Part shown: in pieces, positions 22,129 through 33,725 of the stretch
Layout: each line of letters begins with the position of its first letter
Numbering within the stretch: the first letter of the stretch is position 1
Assembly: GCA_051599415.1 (NCBI GenBank)
Contig: AP039695.1
Span: 62,001 to 126,000 of the forward strand
DNA from: Savitreella phatthalungensis
Lineage: Eukaryota
DNA length: 64,000 nucleotides
Direction of reading: 5' to 3'
Position numbers and translations under genes: made by a program
The notes under the pieces: generated by a model
Told to the model about the DNA's origin: nothing
The model's input: the letters and a program-made list of their open reading frames with translations, nothing else
Database searches by the model: none

Positions 22129-23049
22129 ATGCATCTGGCAGTCTGGATTGTGCTGACAGCTCTGCTTGGGGCTGTGCTAGCTTATTTTTTGCTGTCTGGG
22201 ACCGGCGACTCGCTTGGCAAAGTCGGCCAGGCTAGCGGACTCTCATCGCTTGCTCCTGCGCGACCAGCTCTCCTGCTACTCGGACCCTCAGGCTCAGGCA
22301 AGACCAGTCTATTCTTGAGACTCGTTCACGGTCATTTGCCTATCAAAGCACCCACTCACACATCGCAGTCGCCGAATATTGCGGATGATGTGATTATTTC
22401 GCCTGCCAGCTTCGCACCTGTATCAGCTGGCGGCACGACCGAGTCGCAGCTTGAGCAGGACCTTGACCATCTCGCCACCGGCAAAGCCCAGAAGCTGCGC
22501 TTGATAGATGTCCCGGGCCATGCCAAGGTTCACGATGTCGCACTCTCGGCGGTATTATCTGGCGGACAAACTCGTGGCGTTCGCGCTGTATTGTGGGTAT
22601 GCGATGCAGCGGCAGCCAGCAAAGATGTTTCTGGCAGCGCTCGCGACCTCGTTAGGGCGATTTCTGTTGCACAAAGTGCAGGAAACTCACCGATCTCGCG
22701 AGGTGGGCCCGGGGTGCCGCTCGTGGTTCTCGGTAACAAGGCCGATTATTTCACTGCGCTTGACGGTGAAGCTTTGCATGATGCGCTGACGGATGAGATC
22801 AAGATACTGCGCATGTCAAGGAGAAAGGGTGTTCGCGTCGAAGGTATCACTGCAAGTTCATCCGCTGCGCAGACTGAGTCCTTGGGCAACGATGAGGACA
22901 ATTTGACTGGGGACGCTTGGCTGCTAGACTGCGCGGACGACGCAAATTGGACACTCAAGCAGGACGGAATATCGGTGGTTACAGGCTCACTGGTCGAAGA
23001 TGCTTTGGGCGACTTCAGCAAGGCAGTGCTCGACGCGATCGATATGTGA
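22129..23049 (+). CDS. SRP102: signal recognition particle receptor beta subunit (Arf-like GTPase)
   Basis: N-terminal TM helix, P-loop GPSGSGKTS, THTSQ, DVPGH, NKAD. Confidence 0.88.
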   Translation: MHLAVWIVLTALLGAVLAYFLLSGTGDSLGKVGQASGLSSLAPARPALLLLGPSGSGKTSLFLRLVHGHLPIKAPTHTSQSPNIADDVIISPASFAPVSAGGTTESQLEQDLDHLATGKAQKLRLIDVPGHAKVHDVALSAVLSGGQTRGVRAVLWVCDAAAASKDVSGSARDLVRAISVAQSAGNSPISRGGPGVPLVVLGNKADYFTALDGEALHDALTDEIKILRMSRRKGVRVEGITASSSAAQTESLGNDEDNLTGDAWLLDCADDANWTLKQDGISVVTGSLVEDALGDFSKAVLDAIDM

Positions 23050-23129
23050 AGATCGCGACCGTCCATGGAATGTTATGTACATTGTTCTCAGAGCATTGCT
23101 GTGCATCTTGTGCTTGCGAGGCTCTGGAC

Positions 23130-24170
23130 CTACAAAAACATCCTCGTGCGGTCCGATTCAAGCTTCGCATTCGATTGCCACACCAGATCGCCGTTGCGTG
23201 CGATGCCATCGACGACCTCTCGGCACTTGAGGGTGAAGCGCGGACCGATTTCCTGCAGTCGGACGCGCTCACCAGCTCCGACAAACATGTACCGATGCCG
23301 ACGGAAAAATACGAAGTCGCGCGAGTTGTGCAATGTGACAGTCTGTCGGCCCTGCAGTGCAGGCATGACCGGGAATAGACTGCGGAAGACATCCGCGATC
23401 TGCATGCCGAGGGCTGTCGAGAAGTTGTTGAGCAGGAGTTCGGGAAAATGCGTCGTGTGAGAAGCCAAGGCTTTGATGTCCAAAGACGAGATGGTGAAAT
23501 AGGCTGTAGGACCCGCTGGCAGACGTATCAAAGATACCGCGTTAGGCTTCTTACGATCCTCATTGACAACGACAAGGTTTTGGTAGCCTCTGTTGCTCGC
23601 GTATTTGGCGATATCGCCAATCGTGTATTTTCCAGTACCACGGCGGATCGTTTCGGACAACGGGAAGACGCTTTGCAGAACGGTCATGAAGTGATAAGAG
23701 ATCTTCGTCGGATTCGGAGATGTCGTGATAAGCGTCTTCATGCCGTCTTTGGTGCACAGGTCGTCCACATGAGGCACTTGTGGCTTGACATCCTCGTCAA
23801 GCTGTTCATCCTTGACCTCGACATCGTCTAGACTGGTCTGCGAGGCACGTGTCCGTGTCTGTGTCTGTGTCTGCGACGATGATCCAGTTTCACCATCATC
23901 TGCGTCGACGGAGAGCCCCTGAGGACTTTGTACCTCATCTCCATCGTTTTCCTCGCGTTTGACGTCGTCTGAGATAACATACCGTGTAGGATCATACTGA
24001 CGCTTGGCATCGATTGTCACGGGGACATTGTTCTTCAGCCTCTCTTCTCGCAACGTAGGGTCCGAGTCTTCGAGCTTGCGGCGTTCTCTTCTTAACTTTG
24101 ACTTTTCTTTCCCTAACCGTTGTCTTCTGGCTGTATAATTGTCGCTGCGGACTAGCTTATTGCCTACCAT
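23130..24170 (-). CDS. RPF1: Brix-domain 60S biogenesis factor Rpf1
   Basis: LPAGPTAYF, PELLLNNFSTALG, GRQTVTLHNSRDFVFFRRHRY, LQEIGPRFTLK. The N-terminal NVPVTIDAKR is typical of Rpf1. Confidence 0.9.
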   Translation of the reverse strand: MVGNKLVRSDNYTARRQRLGKEKSKLRRERRKLEDSDPTLREERLKNNVPVTIDAKRQYDPTRYVISDDVKREENDGDEVQSPQGLSVDADDGETGSSSQTQTQTRTRASQTSLDDVEVKDEQLDEDVKPQVPHVDDLCTKDGMKTLITTSPNPTKISYHFMTVLQSVFPLSETIRRGTGKYTIGDIAKYASNRGYQNLVVVNEDRKKPNAVSLIRLPAGPTAYFTISSLDIKALASHTTHFPELLLNNFSTALGMQIADVFRSLFPVMPALQGRQTVTLHNSRDFVFFRRHRYMFVGAGERVRLQEIGPRFTLKCREVVDGIARNGDLVWQSNAKLESDRTRMFL

Positions 24171-24583
24171 GACTGCTGAAGGCGACAGCTGAGAGCGCTA
24201 TCAGATGATGAGATTGCGCTGAAATGCACCAGCCTTTATAGTGCGGAAGCTATACACCGAGAGCGAGGCGTCGACAACGATACCGGCGGTTAGACAAGCA
24301 ATAACCCGTGGATGAGCAAGACAGTACGTAGAAAGAAGTGCCTGAAGATATTGTTTGATCATGATTGACATATCCAGCAGTATTTGATCTGATAATCACG
24401 TGACAAACGATACACCCGCGAGCGGTCTGATCGTTAGCTCGCAGCACATCGACCAAGAAGCAGCCAAGGGAGCATCACGGCTACAACGCCGTGTGTTGAT
24501 CAGACGTCATATACTGAGATTCTTCTCGTCGCAAATTCATGCTCTGATCCTCTTCAGTAGTCTCTGTCAACGACTGGACGAGG

Positions 24584-26074
24584 ATGGCCAAAAAATCGGC
24601 GCAGGACCTTCTAGCTGGCCTGGACGCCCTTCCGGATGATAGCACCCTTGCGGGTGCCAAGATCACGACAGATGCCGAATCCGGCCCGGTAGATGATGAG
24701 GCGTCTATCAACGACTTCTTAGCAGAGTTCAGTAAAGAGCGCGAACGACCCTCACGTCCGATCACACCAGCACTCGCGAGCAAAGGCGCCGGCGCTCGCA
24801 ACTCCCCACGTCCACAGCAGCAAGGTCGCGTCGCGGGAGCGAGTCGGAGCGCAAGCCTGGCGAGCGCTCCAGAGGACATCTCTGCACAGCGCAAGAGTAC
24901 AGACAGTACAAGATCTCGCGGATCAAATCGTGGCGCCGCGGGTCCAGGTGATGAAGTGCGTGCCTCGTCGTTGTCAAATTCGACTACAATGGCTGACGTT
25001 TCACTGGAATCATCGAAGAAAGAAGCGTCAGATGCAACCGCTGCAGCAAAAGAGCACAACGCTTCTACAGCTGGAGGTAGTAGCTGGGGCAGCTGGGGTT
25101 CCTCTTTGTGGTCTACGGCTACAAAAGTTCAGAGCCAATTGAGAAGTGAAGCTGAGCGCAGATTGGCTGAGTTACAAGCCTCTGAGGAGGCGCAACGACT
25201 TCAAAATCGCTTGCGCGAGCTCGATCTTTCCAAGCTAGCGAGTGAAGCGCAAAAGCTCGGATCGCGAGCATTAGAAGTTGTCGCCCCGCCTATCTCACGC
25301 TCGGAAACACTGAAGGTCCATGTTGTGCACGATCTGCGAGGCGTCCATGTTGAAGAAAATGTCGGAAGGGCTTTTGATCGAGCGATGGAGCAGGTCGAAG
25401 GCGGCAGACTACGCATTCACGCGGCCGATCTGCCAGCGCAATCACCGCGCCAGCCGATCGACCTAAATGCTGAGCCACCGGTGCTTGGGTACGACGAGGC
25501 TCGTAAGATGTGCGTGGCGGCAATCGACGCAGCACTCCGTGGCAAAGAGGATAAATCCGAGGCCGATGGTGCTAAGTCAGACGAAGCTGAGTCAGATGAG
25601 TCGGAGAAGGTCGCATCTTCCGGCGAAAGCGATATCTATGTGGCTATACAAGCCTTCGTCTACCATGAGACTTCAGAAGCCCTTACGCTCAGTCGTGCAC
25701 GGGTGACATCGCCCTCCACGGAAAAGCCAGATCCCACCTCACAGACCGGTAGTACTGGCACAATGAGCGCAGACGACAAGGCTGACGACGATGAATTCCC
25801 GGAAGAGCCAGAGCTCCATTTGCTTGTTCTTCTACGGGATCCCGAGAACGGCATCACGCTGTCAAGCGTATCGCAGGGCGTGCCGCCGTCGTGGGTCGAC
25901 TCATTGTCGAGAAAACGATTTGATCAGACTGCTTATCAACCTTCCGAATGGGTGTGCGAATTTGCAGACGAGGCACTCTCAGGCGTTGCGTCCGTGGTCG
26001 CTCAGCGGTATGTGGTCCGGCGGATGGGAATCGACCGCGCTTCGAGGGAGCAGGATCAACCGACGGAGACTTAG
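24584..26074 (+). CDS. MTC1: Mtc1-like (maintenance of telomere capping 1, DUF5427) protein
   Basis: Disordered N-terminus, WGSWGSSLWSTA, VAPPISRSETLKVHVVHDL and C-terminal SVSQGVP...EWV...VVAQRYV resemble fungal Mtc1. Confidence 0.7.
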   Translation: MAKKSAQDLLAGLDALPDDSTLAGAKITTDAESGPVDDEASINDFLAEFSKERERPSRPITPALASKGAGARNSPRPQQQGRVAGASRSASLASAPEDISAQRKSTDSTRSRGSNRGAAGPGDEVRASSLSNSTTMADVSLESSKKEASDATAAAKEHNASTAGGSSWGSWGSSLWSTATKVQSQLRSEAERRLAELQASEEAQRLQNRLRELDLSKLASEAQKLGSRALEVVAPPISRSETLKVHVVHDLRGVHVEENVGRAFDRAMEQVEGGRLRIHAADLPAQSPRQPIDLNAEPPVLGYDEARKMCVAAIDAALRGKEDKSEADGAKSDEAESDESEKVASSGESDIYVAIQAFVYHETSEALTLSRARVTSPSTEKPDPTSQTGSTGTMSADDKADDDEFPEEPELHLLVLLRDPENGITLSSVSQGVPPSWVDSLSRKRFDQTAYQPSEWVCEFADEALSGVASVVAQRYVVRRMGIDRASREQDQPTET

Positions 26075-26320
26075 GATTGCCCCACATAAATATCTCAGGC
26101 ATGCCACGGATAAGACCTCCCGGAGACGACTTAGCATACGACTCATTTCATAGACCGTTTTACGGTTCCGTAACAGAGGATTAAATCGAGACGTATTGAC
26201 GCGAGTAAACAGCATAATTCGTAGAGATCGTGAGGGTTTAACGTCAAGAAGTAACAAACTAGAGTATGGGAAGTAGGACCAAGCCAGGATCTGGCAATGG
26301 CGAAATCGGGTCAAGCATGT

Positions 26321-29300
26321 CTAATCATCCGAGTCCAGATTGACTAGCTCGGCAGCGAGACCAGCACTCTGTGGCACGTTCGAGGCTCGATATGAGTCGC
26401 GGACGTTTCTTATGGAGGTGCTGGAGAGATTTCGATCACCAAGCTCCGGTCGGAGGATGCTGGCCGGTGGAGACAGGGTAGTGGTCGAATCGACCATTCC
26501 GCCGTTAGGGTCAGCAGTCGCACTCGGCCGCGCGCTGCCACTGACGACCCGGGATCCAGGTTGACTTATATTCTGGATGCCACGGCTGCCCGGATTCGTA
26601 CTGACTGCGAGGCTTGAATAGCGCGAACTCAGGGAATTGGAGCTCCAGGGTCGGGGCGCTGCCGCGCCAGGGCTGCTAAGCGGGGAGAAGAACGGGAGTT
26701 GATGCGAATTCGGAGAAGCCGGCACCGAGACCGCAGACGCAAATGGCTCTTCGGGCTCTGGACTTGTAGACGGCGTTCGTTCTATACTGAGCCTTGGCAC
26801 AAATGCTCCTTGTAATTGTGGCAGTGCAGATGCACCAGTTTCGTGATACGCTCTGCCAAGTGGAGAGGATGTTGATTCAGAGTCCTCGCCGCTGCTGGCG
26901 AAGCCTTCCACTCGTGGTGGCGGCAAGGCCAGTTCTTCCTCGGGGATATCGTCGATGTGACGAGAGAGATCGTCATGCGAAGGCCTTTGTATAGAGATAG
27001 ACGTGCTGGCTCGATTGAGCTCGCGCATAGGCACCTGCTGCTGCGGCACCGATCGAACGACGATGAATTTCCCCTTTTCTGGATTCGGGTTCCGCTTCCA
27101 CGGACGCAAATTGAATTTGCGGAACTTCGGTCCGTTGGGATCTGCAGGGCCTGTGCCAAGCTTCTTTGAAGGCCCGAGAAGTTCTCCAGTCGACTGAGGA
27201 TGGTAAACGTCAGCTTCGCGGACGGCATAGTCTACACCGCGTTTTGCGGCCTCCTCCGTCGGAGTGTAGCCCGCGTTGGCATCATGAAAGGAGCCTGAAC
27301 GTGACGCTTGATCCAACAAGGCTGCCCGCGACGTGATAGTGCCTGGATCCAGAGAAGACAGCATCTCCTCCGATCCATAGGAATATGTGCGCTTCGTCTG
27401 CGCAGATGAGGGCGGCCTGACGAAAGACGTTGGAGACATGAAGCCACTGTGACCGTCTGCCAGTGACTGTTCATCCTCCTCCAGCGATTCCATCCTGCTG
27501 TGGAGGCGCGAAGATGCACGTGGCCTGCGGTAGAAAGGCGAATTAACTGAATCCTTCCCTTCGACAATTAGTTGATTTAGCGATCTCGTCGCAGCAGACT
27601 CGTCCGGTTGCTCAGTAGGCTTCTCATATTTGCGGCGACGAGATCGAAGCTGCCGTGCTCCAAAGATTGCGCGAGCGCCTTCGTCTTGCGGCACCATCAC
27701 GAATGTACGCAGGGCAAGCTCGAGCATAGAGAGCAATGCATTTCCGAGGAAGACGAAAACAAGAACAATGCCATGTATGATCAGAATGATGTAGCCGAGC
27801 CATTCCCGCGTGCTGCTTTGCACCGCCAGACCATTCACGAAAGCGATCATGAAGAAAAGAATCACGAGCCGAGCGCTGCAAACGACCAGGGCGAGAGCTG
27901 TCGTATTTGTGCGAGTGGGCCAGGGCCGTAGATAAGCCGTCAATGCCAGGCTGATGCTTTCGAGAACGATCATGCAGACGAGCTGTGCAGTGCCAGAGGT
28001 GGAAAGCAGGCCAACCACGAGCCCGCGCATTATGGCGAGGACGACAACGGGGACGAAGAACGACAAAGCGATGTCCGCGTAAGCATTGTAGAGTGGCCCA
28101 AATAGTGACAGAAGGGTGAGATCGTCGTGTAAGTCTTGACGAGGCCGATAGCGCATCACGTACCATATCAATGTCACCGGCACGAGGATGACGAGGAACA
28201 TGAGGACGAGCGCCGATCCAGCGACAAGACCTGCTGCGCTTGATTGCGCACTGTAGAGTTGATAGGATGTAAAGAGCGCAAGCGGCGATAAGAACCAGTA
28301 GTAGACTCTGAGCGTTGCGCCGCCGATGAACGGAATGTTTTTGCGCGTCAGGTCGAACGATGACGGGGTGACGACCCACCAAGCGAATAGCAGCAGACAG
28401 ACCATTGCAATCACGCACGCTTGAATAATGATCCACCAGATCATGAAGCTCTTCCATGCATCCTGTCGACGGGCTCCGACAAAATTGATGTAGGTCGCGA
28501 TACTGATTCCATCCTGAGGCGTATAGCCGAGTGCTTTCGAGACTGGTGAGCTGCTGAAAAGAAGTAAAGACCAGCTGATACGCGAGGTGATCTGCTGGTA
28601 GAACCCAGGGTAGTTTAGAGCCAGCATGGAGCTGTAAGCGGCGAACTGTATGTAAGATAGACAGTCGCTGAAGCCTGGCGTTAGCAGGCGAAGGGCATTG
28701 TCCTCCGCGCCGAAGTTGCTCAATGCGCGATATGGATCGAGTGTTCCGGACCAGGGATTGAAAAGGGCGACGAGGACAACCCTTATTCCGACTAGAATGA
28801 GCACAGCTAGCGTAACGTATGTGATTACATTGCTGATGGTTTTGCGCAGTGGTGGCGTAAATTGTACATTGAAGCAGCCCACTGAATAATTGGATCCCTT
28901 GGGCGCGTTGATGCGCATGTTGTTAGTCAAAGTTGAGAAGGTATAAGCATTCGGCAGCTCCGTCTCGAACTTCAGGCTGACCGGACCAGGACCAAACGGA
29001 CAGACGTGTTGCTGGTAGTTTGTGTACGGTAGGTAGGTGACATTGCATAGTCTGGTTTCCATCTTGGTTTGAGTATAGCCCGCGATGAATACTGTGTTGA
29101 CAAGTGCGCTGGCCAAAGTTCCGTCCGCGCTCGTATCATTCACGTATCCCGTCATGTTGCCATGAACATAGAACGTCAGGCGCTTAGCGGTTATGTTATA
29201 GTCTGCCTCGACCTGGGTGGGGAGAAAGCGCGTATCAGTCGCGGATGTACTGCTCAAGCAGTTGGCAAAAGTGAGATTGACAGCGGCCACCATGTGCATA

Positions 29301-29350
29301 GCCGTTGCTGCAATCAGCACAGATGAAAGCATCGCGGATGATGGTGACAT
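26321..29350 (-). CDS. fungal TRP-like/Flc/Pkd2-family membrane protein
   Basis: Signal peptide, ML-like lumenal domain (CPFGPG), TPGFSDCLSYIQF..LNYPGFYQ, several TM helices (FGPLYNAY) and a long disordered cytosolic tail. Confidence 0.85.
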   Translation of the reverse strand: MSPSSAMLSSVLIAATAMHMVAAVNLTFANCLSSTSATDTRFLPTQVEADYNITAKRLTFYVHGNMTGYVNDTSADGTLASALVNTVFIAGYTQTKMETRLCNVTYLPYTNYQQHVCPFGPGPVSLKFETELPNAYTFSTLTNNMRINAPKGSNYSVGCFNVQFTPPLRKTISNVITYVTLAVLILVGIRVVLVALFNPWSGTLDPYRALSNFGAEDNALRLLTPGFSDCLSYIQFAAYSSMLALNYPGFYQQITSRISWSLLLFSSSPVSKALGYTPQDGISIATYINFVGARRQDAWKSFMIWWIIIQACVIAMVCLLLFAWWVVTPSSFDLTRKNIPFIGGATLRVYYWFLSPLALFTSYQLYSAQSSAAGLVAGSALVLMFLVILVPVTLIWYVMRYRPRQDLHDDLTLLSLFGPLYNAYADIALSFFVPVVVLAIMRGLVVGLLSTSGTAQLVCMIVLESISLALTAYLRPWPTRTNTTALALVVCSARLVILFFMIAFVNGLAVQSSTREWLGYIILIIHGIVLVFVFLGNALLSMLELALRTFVMVPQDEGARAIFGARQLRSRRRKYEKPTEQPDESAATRSLNQLIVEGKDSVNSPFYRRPRASSRLHSRMESLEEDEQSLADGHSGFMSPTSFVRPPSSAQTKRTYSYGSEEMLSSLDPGTITSRAALLDQASRSGSFHDANAGYTPTEEAAKRGVDYAVREADVYHPQSTGELLGPSKKLGTGPADPNGPKFRKFNLRPWKRNPNPEKGKFIVVRSVPQQQVPMRELNRASTSISIQRPSHDDLSRHIDDIPEEELALPPPRVEGFASSGEDSESTSSPLGRAYHETGASALPQLQGAFVPRLSIERTPSTSPEPEEPFASAVSVPASPNSHQLPFFSPLSSPGAAAPRPWSSNSLSSRYSSLAVSTNPGSRGIQNISQPGSRVVSGSARPSATADPNGGMVDSTTTLSPPASILRPELGDRNLSSTSIRNVRDSYRASNVPQSAGLAAELVNLDSDD

Positions 29351-30450
29351 CAGTAGTCGGACGCTCTGCCCCGGCGGCTGTGATCACACGCGGCGCTGAC
29401 GACTTTGGAACAGGTTTGACTGCAAAGCCTCTGACGAGCGCTAAATGCTTTGAAGGCTAGAGCATGTCATTCGGAAAAGGAAAAGAATTGGAGCAGCGAG
29501 AGTAGCGGCAATCGATCGCTTGTGCTTTCCACAGTCTGTGAGCTCTGACTCTGCCTTTATCTTGCGATTGAAGTCCTCAGCAGAGACTCTCGATTCCACG
29601 CGAATGTCTGAAGCCGTGTCTTGTCTGCACTTCGTAAGTGGATTGCGATCCTCGCGTTTCCTTGTCAGGCAAAGGCGCTCGGACGTCACCACGCGATCGA
29701 CCGAAAAGTTTGAGAAGCGTGACTCGAGAGCGAGGTTGCTAGGCACGAGCTAGGATGTGAGGTCGAGATTGTGCCGTGGATTGATCACTTTTGCGCACGG
29801 TCGCTGGGGGAGAGCCTCTGGACTTTTAGGTGTCCTTAGCCCGCCAGCACGAAGGCTCACGGGGCTTATACAGTGCGCTGATGGATGGGCTATGGAGCAG
29901 AGAGAGTGAAGGACGAGCAAGGCGGAGAGTAGATGGGTTCTGGGCTTGCTGGCCTGGATGAGTGGATGCATACGGTACGCGGTACGTGCGCTGTGTGGTA
30001 TGCTGCGCATGTTTGATCGCGGGTCAAAGCTGAACTTCCGAATCTGGCAAACTAATCGATTGAGCAGATGATTTCTCAGTAAAGCACAGCTACTGTTGCT
30101 TATTTTAACAATATATTGATAGATCAGTATAGATTTCAATAGTAGTCATTATAGAGCACAAGACGCAGACGTAGCTAAATTTAGATTTAAATTTAACTTC
30201 AAATTCAGACCTTGAGTTAATTATAATAATTAAATGATGGCTGATCAAGTCCGTTCGACTGCATCTATTGCACATGCATGCAGTACTGTTTGAACGCGAG
30301 ATTGAATGCATGATCATCGACTGTACGTAGTAGGGCTACAAAAAAATAATCATCGTCGTCATTCACAAGAAATCATCCACTGAGAAGCTAATCTACCATC
30401 TGTTCTGCCGTCTTAGGCTTCATTCGGTCTAGAGGCAGTCGCTGCTGTAC

Positions 30451-32085
30451 ATGCATAGAGCGCTGCTTTTGTCACGGGTACGTGGACCCTCAACCACCGC
30501 AGCTCAAGCTGCTGCAAGGACATCTTCTGTTCCCTGCTTACCGGCGTCCTGGAGAACAGGCCACGCTTCCGCACGACAGATTACGACCTCGATTGACAGA
30601 TGTCGCAACAGCATATCGTATCTGACATCACGGGCTTATGCCACCACGTCCGACAAGGACGCTCCTTCAGAGAAGGACCGGTCAAAGGCGAAGCAGAACG
30701 ATGCCGATTCAGTCGACACACACGAGCGGCCTGTATCGGGCCTCAACGATCCAGCCAACAAGACCCTCTACAATGGTGAGTCTACAGGCAAGACGTCTTC
30801 CCAGACTGCTGCATCGACGGAATCTGACGCTGCAGCGGAACAATCGCATTCTACAGCAAGTACAGGAGAACAACCTGCTTCAGAAACCGTCGTGCCGCCG
30901 CAGCAGGATCCTGAGCTGCTCAACCTTCTCAAGTCGCTTGATGGAGGAAGCTCTGCTAATGATGATGACGGCGCTCGTCGACCATCGAACGGCGGAAATC
31001 GGAGTGACAACTACAAATCCTCAGCAGACATTAAACGCGAGCGCACTTTCAATGTCTTTGCAGGTCTGTCGGTGGTTGGTTTGATCGGAGGGATCCTCTA
31101 TCTGGGCCGTGAGACCGAAGATAGCGAAGTCAAGGGCTACAGTCCTGGGGCCTGGTGGTCACGAGTCAAGCGGAGCTTCACTGGTCAAATGGACTATTAT
31201 ACTGAGCCTGCATTCGAAAAGCTATTGCCCGATCCACTGCCAGAGCCATACCAGCGCAGATACACTCTCGTTCTCGACCTCGACGACCTGCTGATTCATT
31301 CGGAATGGACACGCGAACGTGGCTGGCGCACTGCCAAGCGACCTGGCCTTGATTACTTCCTCAGCTACCTGTCACAATATTACGAGATTGTTGTCTTCAC
31401 AAATCAGTATGCTGGCACTGCGCTTCCGGTGGTTCAGAAGCTCGACCCTTACCGGTCCTCACTCTCGGCGTCCTTGTTCCGCGAGTCTGCCAAATATGAG
31501 GACGGCAAGTTCATCAAAGATCTATCGTACATGAATCGTCCGCTGGAACGCATTATCCTGATTGACACGAATCCGGATGCTGCTTCCAAGCAGCCTGAAA
31601 ATGCGATCTTGCTCAAACCGTGGCACGGCGAGACAGGACCGAACTCAAATGCTCGCGACCTCATCAACCTGCTCCCATTCCTGGAGTACGTTGCAGCGGT
31701 AGAGGCACCGGATGTGCGATCGGTACTCAAATCTTATGCAGGCACGGACATTGCCGCTGAGTATATGCGACGTGAGGACGAGCTGCGCGCCAAGATTGCT
31801 GCAACTAGATCATCTTCCAAGTCATCGGGTTTCTTTGGAGGGGCAGGCGGCAAGAATGCGCGTCTGCCAGATGGTCGGCCGGAAATTTTCATGGATCAGC
31901 AGCGCGCACGAGCACAGAAGGCGCATGCGGAGTACATGCAATACCTGCGCGACAATGGCGAGAAGATGCTTGCGGAGGAGAAGCAGCGGGAAGAGGAGAT
32001 GCTGAAGGAGATGAAGACATCGCTCGTCGACTACTTCACCAAAGGCGCTCCACAGCCGCCGGGTCAGTCGCAACAGCAGCAGTGA
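30451..32085 (+). CDS. TIM50: mitochondrial import translocase subunit Tim50
   Basis: Arg/Ser-rich presequence, single TM helix, NIF/FCP1-like domain YTLVLDLDDLLIHSEW...GWRTAKRPG...KDLSYMNR. Confidence 0.95.
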   Translation: MHRALLLSRVRGPSTTAAQAAARTSSVPCLPASWRTGHASARQITTSIDRCRNSISYLTSRAYATTSDKDAPSEKDRSKAKQNDADSVDTHERPVSGLNDPANKTLYNGESTGKTSSQTAASTESDAAAEQSHSTASTGEQPASETVVPPQQDPELLNLLKSLDGGSSANDDDGARRPSNGGNRSDNYKSSADIKRERTFNVFAGLSVVGLIGGILYLGRETEDSEVKGYSPGAWWSRVKRSFTGQMDYYTEPAFEKLLPDPLPEPYQRRYTLVLDLDDLLIHSEWTRERGWRTAKRPGLDYFLSYLSQYYEIVVFTNQYAGTALPVVQKLDPYRSSLSASLFRESAKYEDGKFIKDLSYMNRPLERIILIDTNPDAASKQPENAILLKPWHGETGPNSNARDLINLLPFLEYVAAVEAPDVRSVLKSYAGTDIAAEYMRREDELRAKIAATRSSSKSSGFFGGAGGKNARLPDGRPEIFMDQQRARAQKAHAEYMQYLRDNGEKMLAEEKQREEEMLKEMKTSLVDYFTKGAPQPPGQSQQQQ

Positions 32086-32870
32086 GCTCCTTAATAAGCA
32101 CAAAGGCCACTTCCATGTTGCAGCTACGCCGGCATTATTTTGTAAACAGATCTGGCACCACGAGGTCAAACACTTTCAGTCTTTCACTCCTGAGGACCGC
32201 GCAATCGTTCTTAACGCTGCACCGCCTTCCATGCCATAAAAAGTTATTTCATGCATCCACCACTCAATACGGTGTCGAAATGATCGATTTGATTCTAGTC
32301 ACCTCTTTGAGTCATATGGGACGAACAATTGTTCCTCGTATCAAACAAGCTCTACCTATAGCTAGGTATCATCATTCTTGGCACTTCGGTGATTTGTTGT
32401 GCATCATCCCCACACGTCAAATCGGTGGGAGGTTCTGGACGCAGATGAGTGGGATCTCAAGGGGTCTCTCCGAGTAATTCCAATTCAGGAAAGTCTTTAC
32501 CGAGCTTACCACACAGAATAGGAGAGCCAATCTAGTGACATGAGCTCAACCAGAATGAGATTTGATTCTTCGAATCGAGCTTAAATGATATGCATAACCA
32601 ATAGATTGGACTGCCACTGGTCAATTCTGTCATACATGTGGACATAAATGATCGAGCCATGTGTCGATCGTGTCCATGCTTTCCATGTGAGATCTGCACA
32701 AAAAGCCGCTAATGCTATCCGTGTTCTTCGATCATGATGTCCTTACGCTAACAGCCGGGTCATGCCGGCCAGACATCTCTGGCAGAGGTGGTAGACAGAG
32801 TTTGGGTAGTTTATAGAAACAGTCCCGCGCCATTCTGTAGCCGCCTTCATCGTTTGGAAGGCTCTCAAGC

Positions 32871-33725
32871 ATGACGAGAACTTTCCTTGTCACTGGCACG
32901 TCATCAGGCTTCGGAGCAGAATTAGTCAAGCGGGTCATTCTTCAAGGCGACAATATTGTCGCCGCCAGCCGTGATAGCGCCAAGCTTGTCAGACCAGAGA
33001 CTGCTACAGACAGCAATTATCTTGCGGTTGACCTTGACGTGTGTGATAAGCAGTCCATCAATTCAGCATTCGCGCGCGCGATAGAGAAGTTCGGCAGGAT
33101 CGACGTGGTCATCAACAACGCGGGATATGCAGTAGCTGGAGAATTCGAGAGCACAAGCGATACTCAGGTCCGCTCTCTTTTCGACGTCAACTGCTTTGGC
33201 GTCTTTAACGTCACGCGCAAGGCACTAGCGACCATGCGCACGCAGAGTCCTCCGGGTGGCGTTATTCAGCAGGTCACTTCAATCGGTGGTCAGGTCAGTG
33301 CACCACTCTTCAGTATCTACGTGTCGAGCAAATGGGCTGTCGAAGGCTTCACAGAGGCTGTTGCCGGCGAGCTTAAGCCGGAATGGAATATTCACCTGAC
33401 ATGCGTCGAGCCGGGTGCCTTCAATACGGAATTTACAGGCACCTCTCTGCTGGTCGCAGATCAGAAAGTCGCCGCGTACGACCATGTCGATGCCACGAAA
33501 CTGAGTGAGATGTATCACGGAAAACTGCCCGGCGATTCGACCAAAGCCGCAAAGTGCATGTATGAGCTCGCAGTGATGGAGAAACCCCCATTGCGCTGCG
33601 CTCTTGGTCCCGACGCATATGATGGCGTGAAGCGGAAGCTCGAAAGCTATCAGGACAATTTGCAAAAGTATGAGAAATCCTTCAGTCAGACTGACCGTGA
33701 TGATCTTCATCCACCTGCGCCGTAG
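32871..33725 (+). CDS. classical short-chain dehydrogenase/reductase
   Basis: TGTSSGFG, NNAG, catalytic S...YVSSK, VEPG. Confidence 0.93.
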   Translation: MTRTFLVTGTSSGFGAELVKRVILQGDNIVAASRDSAKLVRPETATDSNYLAVDLDVCDKQSINSAFARAIEKFGRIDVVINNAGYAVAGEFESTSDTQVRSLFDVNCFGVFNVTRKALATMRTQSPPGGVIQQVTSIGGQVSAPLFSIYVSSKWAVEGFTEAVAGELKPEWNIHLTCVEPGAFNTEFTGTSLLVADQKVAAYDHVDATKLSEMYHGKLPGDSTKAAKCMYELAVMEKPPLRCALGPDAYDGVKRKLESYQDNLQKYEKSFSQTDRDDLHPPAP

